From the IMG/VR virus record IMGVR_UViG_2534682080_000005: a DNA stretch of 21,704 nucleotides. One strand, given 5' to 3'. This document shows positions 18,615 through 21,704 of this stretch, piece after piece. Under the pieces are notes generated by a model. The model saw only the letters and a list, made by a program, of their open reading frames with translations. It searched no databases and was not told where the DNA came from. This stretch comes from a virus (lineage: Duplodnaviria; Heunggongvirae; Uroviricota; Caudoviricetes; Drexlerviridae). Every line of letters starts with the position of its first letter. Within the stretch, counting starts at the first letter, position 1. A program made the translations under genes and the position numbers.

Positions 18615-19748
18615 CTAAAGTCGGTTTTTTTCTTCGTTTTCTCTAACTATTTTCCATGAAATACATTTTTGATTATTATTTGAATCAATTCCAATTACCT
18701 GAAGTCTTTCATCTATAATTGGCATTGTATGTATTGGTTTATTGGAGTAGATGCTTGCTTTTCTGAGCCATAGCTCTGATATCCAAATGAAGCCATAGGC
18801 ATTTGTTATTTTGGCTCTGTCAGCTGCATAACGCCAAAAAATATATTTATCTGCTTGATCTTCAAATGTTGTATTGATTAAATCAATTGGATGGAATTGT
18901 TTATCATAAAAAATTAATGTTTGAATGTGATAACCGTCCTTTAAAAAAGTCGTTTCTGCAAGCTTGGCTGTATAGTCAACTAACTCTTCTGTCGAAGTGA
19001 TATTTTTAGGCTTATCTACCAGTTTTAGACGCTCTTTAATATCTTCAGGAATTATTTTATTGTCATATTGTATCATGCTAAATGACAATTTGCTTATGGA
19101 GTAATCTTTTAATTTTAAATAAGTTATTCTCCTGGCTTCATCAAATAAAGAGTCGAATGATGTTGGCGAAATCACATCGTCACCCATTGGATTGTTTATT
19201 TGTATGCCAAGAGAGTTACAGCAGTTATACATTCTGCCATAGATTATAGCTAAGGCATGTAATAATTCGTAATCTTTTAGCGTATTAGCGACCCATCGTC
19301 TTTCTGATTTAATAATAGATGATTCAGTTAAATATGAAGGTAATTTCTTTTGTGCAAGTCTGACTAACTTTTTTATACCAATGTTTAACATACTTTCATT
19401 TGTAATAAACTCAATGTCATTTTCTTCAATGTAAGATGAAATAAGAGTAGCCTTTGCCTCGCTATACATTTCTAAATCGCCTTGTTTTTCTATCGTATTG
19501 CGAGAATTTTTAGCCCAAGCCATTAATGGATCATTTTTCCATTTTTCAATAACATTATTGTTATACCAAATGTCATATCCTATAATCTGGTTTTTGTTTT
19601 TTTGAATAATAAATGTTACTGTTCTTGCGGTTTGGAGGAATTGATTCAAATTCAAGCGGAATAATTCAGGGTCAAAATATGTATCAATGCAGCATTTGAG
19701 CAAGTGCGATAAATCTTTAAGTCTTCTTTCCCATGGTTTTTTAGTCAT
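18615..19748 (-). CDS. Hypothetical protein, 377 aa (386 aa if started at 19775); AT-rich accessory gene in the b-region-equivalent slot
   Basis: Long uninterrupted minus-strand ORF in ~30% GC DNA, contrasting with the ~55% GC tail genes. Likely start is ATG at 19748 (MTKKPWERRL...) preceded by GGAGAG; the alternative ATG at 19775 lacks an obvious RBS. No Walker, PD-(D/E)xK, HNH or other motif that I can identify by eye. Confidence 0.7.
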   Translation of the reverse strand: MTKKPWERRLKDLSHLLKCCIDTYFDPELFRLNLNQFLQTARTVTFIIQKNKNQIIGYDIWYNNNVIEKWKNDPLMAWAKNSRNTIEKQGDLEMYSEAKATLISSYIEENDIEFITNESMLNIGIKKLVRLAQKKLPSYLTESSIIKSERRWVANTLKDYELLHALAIIYGRMYNCCNSLGIQINNPMGDDVISPTSFDSLFDEARRITYLKLKDYSISKLSFSMIQYDNKIIPEDIKERLKLVDKPKNITSTEELVDYTAKLAETTFLKDGYHIQTLIFYDKQFHPIDLINTTFEDQADKYIFWRYAADRAKITNAYGFIWISELWLRKASIYSNKPIHTMPIIDERLQVIGIDSNNNQKCISWKIVRENEEKNRL

Positions 19749-20578
19749 AAAACTCTCCATTTTGATAGGTTGCATGCTAGATGCTGATATATTTTAGAGG
19801 TGATAAAATTAACTGCTTAACTGTCAATGTAATACAAGTTGTTTGATCTTTGCAATGATTCTTATCAGAAACCATATAGTAAATTAGTTACACAGGAAAT
19901 TTTTAATATTATTATTATCATTCATTATGTATTAAAATTAGAGTTGTGGCTTGGCTCTGCTAACACGTTGCTCATAGGAGATATGGTAGAGCCGCAGACA
20001 CGTCGTATGCAGGAACGTGCTGCGGCTGGCTGGTGAACTTTCGATAGTGCGAGTATTGAATGATTTCCAACTGTTATCGATTTTGCGTATTTTTTGCATG
20101 AGAGGATTTTTACCTCCTCCCACCGATCCTCCATGGCTTTACGCCAGTGTCTCTGGTCTGCTATGTGCCAGGAGCAGCCATTGCTAAGTCCATCCTGTAT
20201 TGTGCAGGTCAGCTCGTTTTTAAAGAGTCCGGCCATCATCTTACTGGTACAGACACCATATACTTTGTGACGGTCAGGCTACATATGCACAACTCAACTT
20301 ATTCATCTATTTTTTGCTTTAGCATGTCAGTGTTGCTTTCTCGTCGGCGGGTGAGCGGTGACCTGACCTGTCGATAAAGGAACGTAGCACGTTTTATGCA
20401 ACACCCGCATGCGGCAGAAAATTATTGCCGAACGTTTACCCCTGTCAACAAGCTTTACTTTCTGAGGCGCGCCAGCCCGCGAGGAAAACAATCTGAACAT
20501 CAAACAATTAATGACACAAGAAATACGATTAAAGATTTTTTGTGCATGCCGATAGTGCTTTTTTAAAAGGAGAAATCT

Positions 20579-20773
20579 ATGTCTGTCACAATTCAGGGAA
20601 ATACCTCAACCGTTATTTCAAACAACTCCGCCCCGGAAGGAACATCAGAAATAGCCAAAATCACAAGACAAATTCAGGTGCTGACTGAAAAGCTTGGGAA
20701 AATCTCATCGGAAGAGGGGATGACGACACAGCAAGAAAAAAGAAATGGCTGCATTGGTACAGAAGCAAATTGA
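20579..20773 (+). CDS. Hypothetical small protein; may continue through an A-run frameshift into the adjacent 53-codon frame (20745..20906)
   Basis: Strong RBS AAAGGAG 7 nt upstream of ATG 20579. A second frame (ATG 20745, MAALVQKQIESLRAQLEQLLRQQAEKKNED...IDIYV, stop 20904-20906) begins inside the A7 run at 20735-20742 and ends just before a terminator hairpin. The two frames are joinable by a 1-nt run-length change. Confidence 0.45.
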   Translation: MSVTIQGNTSTVISNNSAPEGTSEIAKITRQIQVLTEKLGKISSEEGMTTQQEKRNGCIGTEAN

Positions 20774-20926
20774 AAGCCTCAGGGCTCAACTGGAGCAGTT
20801 GTTAAGGCAGCAGGCAGAGAAAAAGAATGAAGACGCGACAGTTCAGCCTGATAAAAAAGAAGAGAAAAAAGACGATACAAATACCGCTGGCACCATTGAT
20901 ATTTACGTCTAAGTGACAGCCGTATT

Positions 20927-20950
20927 GTGGCCCTCATCGGGCCACTTTTC
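20927..20950. terminator. Putative intrinsic terminator
   Basis: GTGGCCC (20927-20933), loop TCATC, GGGCCAC (20939-20945), then TTTT; about 20 nt downstream of the small-gene stop. Confidence 0.55.
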
Positions 20951-21272
20951 GCCATCAGCCTTTTCTTTAAAGACATATTATCTTTGTATCATTTCTGATA
21001 GTTAACATTACAAGATATAAGTAATGGACGCACTCCCAATTAGTCTATTTAAATCGCCACGAGTTTAACTGACAACCCATGATCAATTATGAATTGCAAC
21101 TATTTCTGTAGTCACTTTTGTGGGGACAGTCCACAAAACTGCCAACTTCCGCTTCTTGCTCATAGCGGACCTTACAACCACCTGATTGGTCCGCTCCGTG
21201 TCAGGAGCGGATACCGTAAGCATTTTATCCTCTGGAGGGGCATCCCTTTCAAGAAATGCATCCGTTGTGGAT

Positions 21273-21704
21273 TTATGCAACACCTGAAGCTACTAACAAA
21301 GAACAATTTGTCTGACCAAAGGCATTTTTTAGCAGCGGGAAAAGAGGGGGAAGTTCCGTTAGCGATTTTAGAGGCTTGAGGCTCTTAAGTGATTTAAGTG
21401 ATGGCAAATTAGGTGTGGTAACCATGTCTTTTACTGCACAGGCAACATAGCCATCGTGATCAATCAACATACCATTAGTAAACCAGCCTAAATGATTCCC
21501 ATTGAATCCATAAACATCAAACTCATTGTTCTGGTTATGTTTAAGGTAGGCGCTTGGTTCACCCTCCCAACTATATAAAGTCAACTCGTCATCAAGTGAA
21601 ATATAAACGACGGCGTTGCCTTGATTATCATATAGATCTAGGTCATTACTCGCAGTAACACAAGCTGAGAAAAGAAACATAACTAGCACGAGTGATTTTT
21701 TCAT
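21273..21704 (-). CDS. Hypothetical exported protein or lipoprotein (143 aa) with a C-terminal SLK-type tandem repeat
   Basis: ATG falls exactly at the window edge (21702-21704), so an upstream in-frame start cannot be excluded. N-terminus MKKSLVLVMFLFSACVTAS is a signal peptide with a possible lipobox-like FSAC. The C-terminal third is low-complexity (LPSLKSLKSLKPLKSLTELPPLFPLL). Confidence 0.5.
   Translation of the reverse strand: MKKSLVLVMFLFSACVTASNDLDLYDNQGNAVVYISLDDELTLYSWEGEPSAYLKHNQNNEFDVYGFNGNHLGWFTNGMLIDHDGYVACAVKDMVTTPNLPSLKSLKSLKPLKSLTELPPLFPLLKNAFGQTNCSLLVASGVA

Noticed and set aside
18615-19775. Possible HEPN-type R-x(4-6)-H motif (RRLKDLSH) near the N-terminus of the orphan protein
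   Set aside because: A single short pattern at an atypical position (HEPN motifs are usually C-terminal in the domain); such matches arise by chance. Not used as evidence of function.
19925-20239. Minus-strand 104-aa ORF in the GC-neutral stretch
   Set aside because: No RBS, overlapped by ORFs in other frames and on the other strand, no recognisable motifs. Kept only as part of the unexplained-region finding.
1-21704. Search for CRISPR arrays, tRNA or rRNA genes, integrase, transposase or IS termini
   Set aside because: No repeat-spacer periodicity, no tRNA-like cloverleaf signatures and no recombinase-like ORF were found; the integration module presumably lies beyond the window end.

Overview
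This window is the late (head-to-tail) operon of a lambda-like (Lambdavirus-type) prophage on the + strand, followed by an AT-rich accessory region. Gene order is E (3' part), FI, FII, Z, U, V, G/G-T, H, M, L, K, I, J, lom, a long side tail fibre gene, a two-gene UmuD'-like module, an orphan stf 3' fragment and tfa. Protein identities were recognised from the supplied translations by recall of phage lambda proteins; no database search was run. Three things stand out. (1) The side tail fibre is chimeric: a lambda Stf-like N-terminus, three tandem beta-rich repeat modules and a C-terminal SGNH/GDSL-type hydrolase domain. (2) A cassette with a near-consensus LexA (SOS) box, a small ORF and a UmuD'-like gene lies between the new fibre gene and the orphaned 3' end of the ancestral stf, just upstream of an intact tfa. 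(3) Downstream of tfa, in the position of the lambda b-region, there is a ~30% GC leftward gene (377-386 aa) with no recognisable motifs, plus small orphan genes; this is the best candidate for an undescribed accessory or anti-phage function. Several essential tail genes (Z, T, H, L, J, and the 5' end of K) carry single-base run-length indels that break the reading frame; their summed lengths match lambda exactly apart from those indels, so this is either a decaying prophage or homopolymer sequencing error. No rRNA, tRNA, CRISPR array, integrase or transposase was seen.
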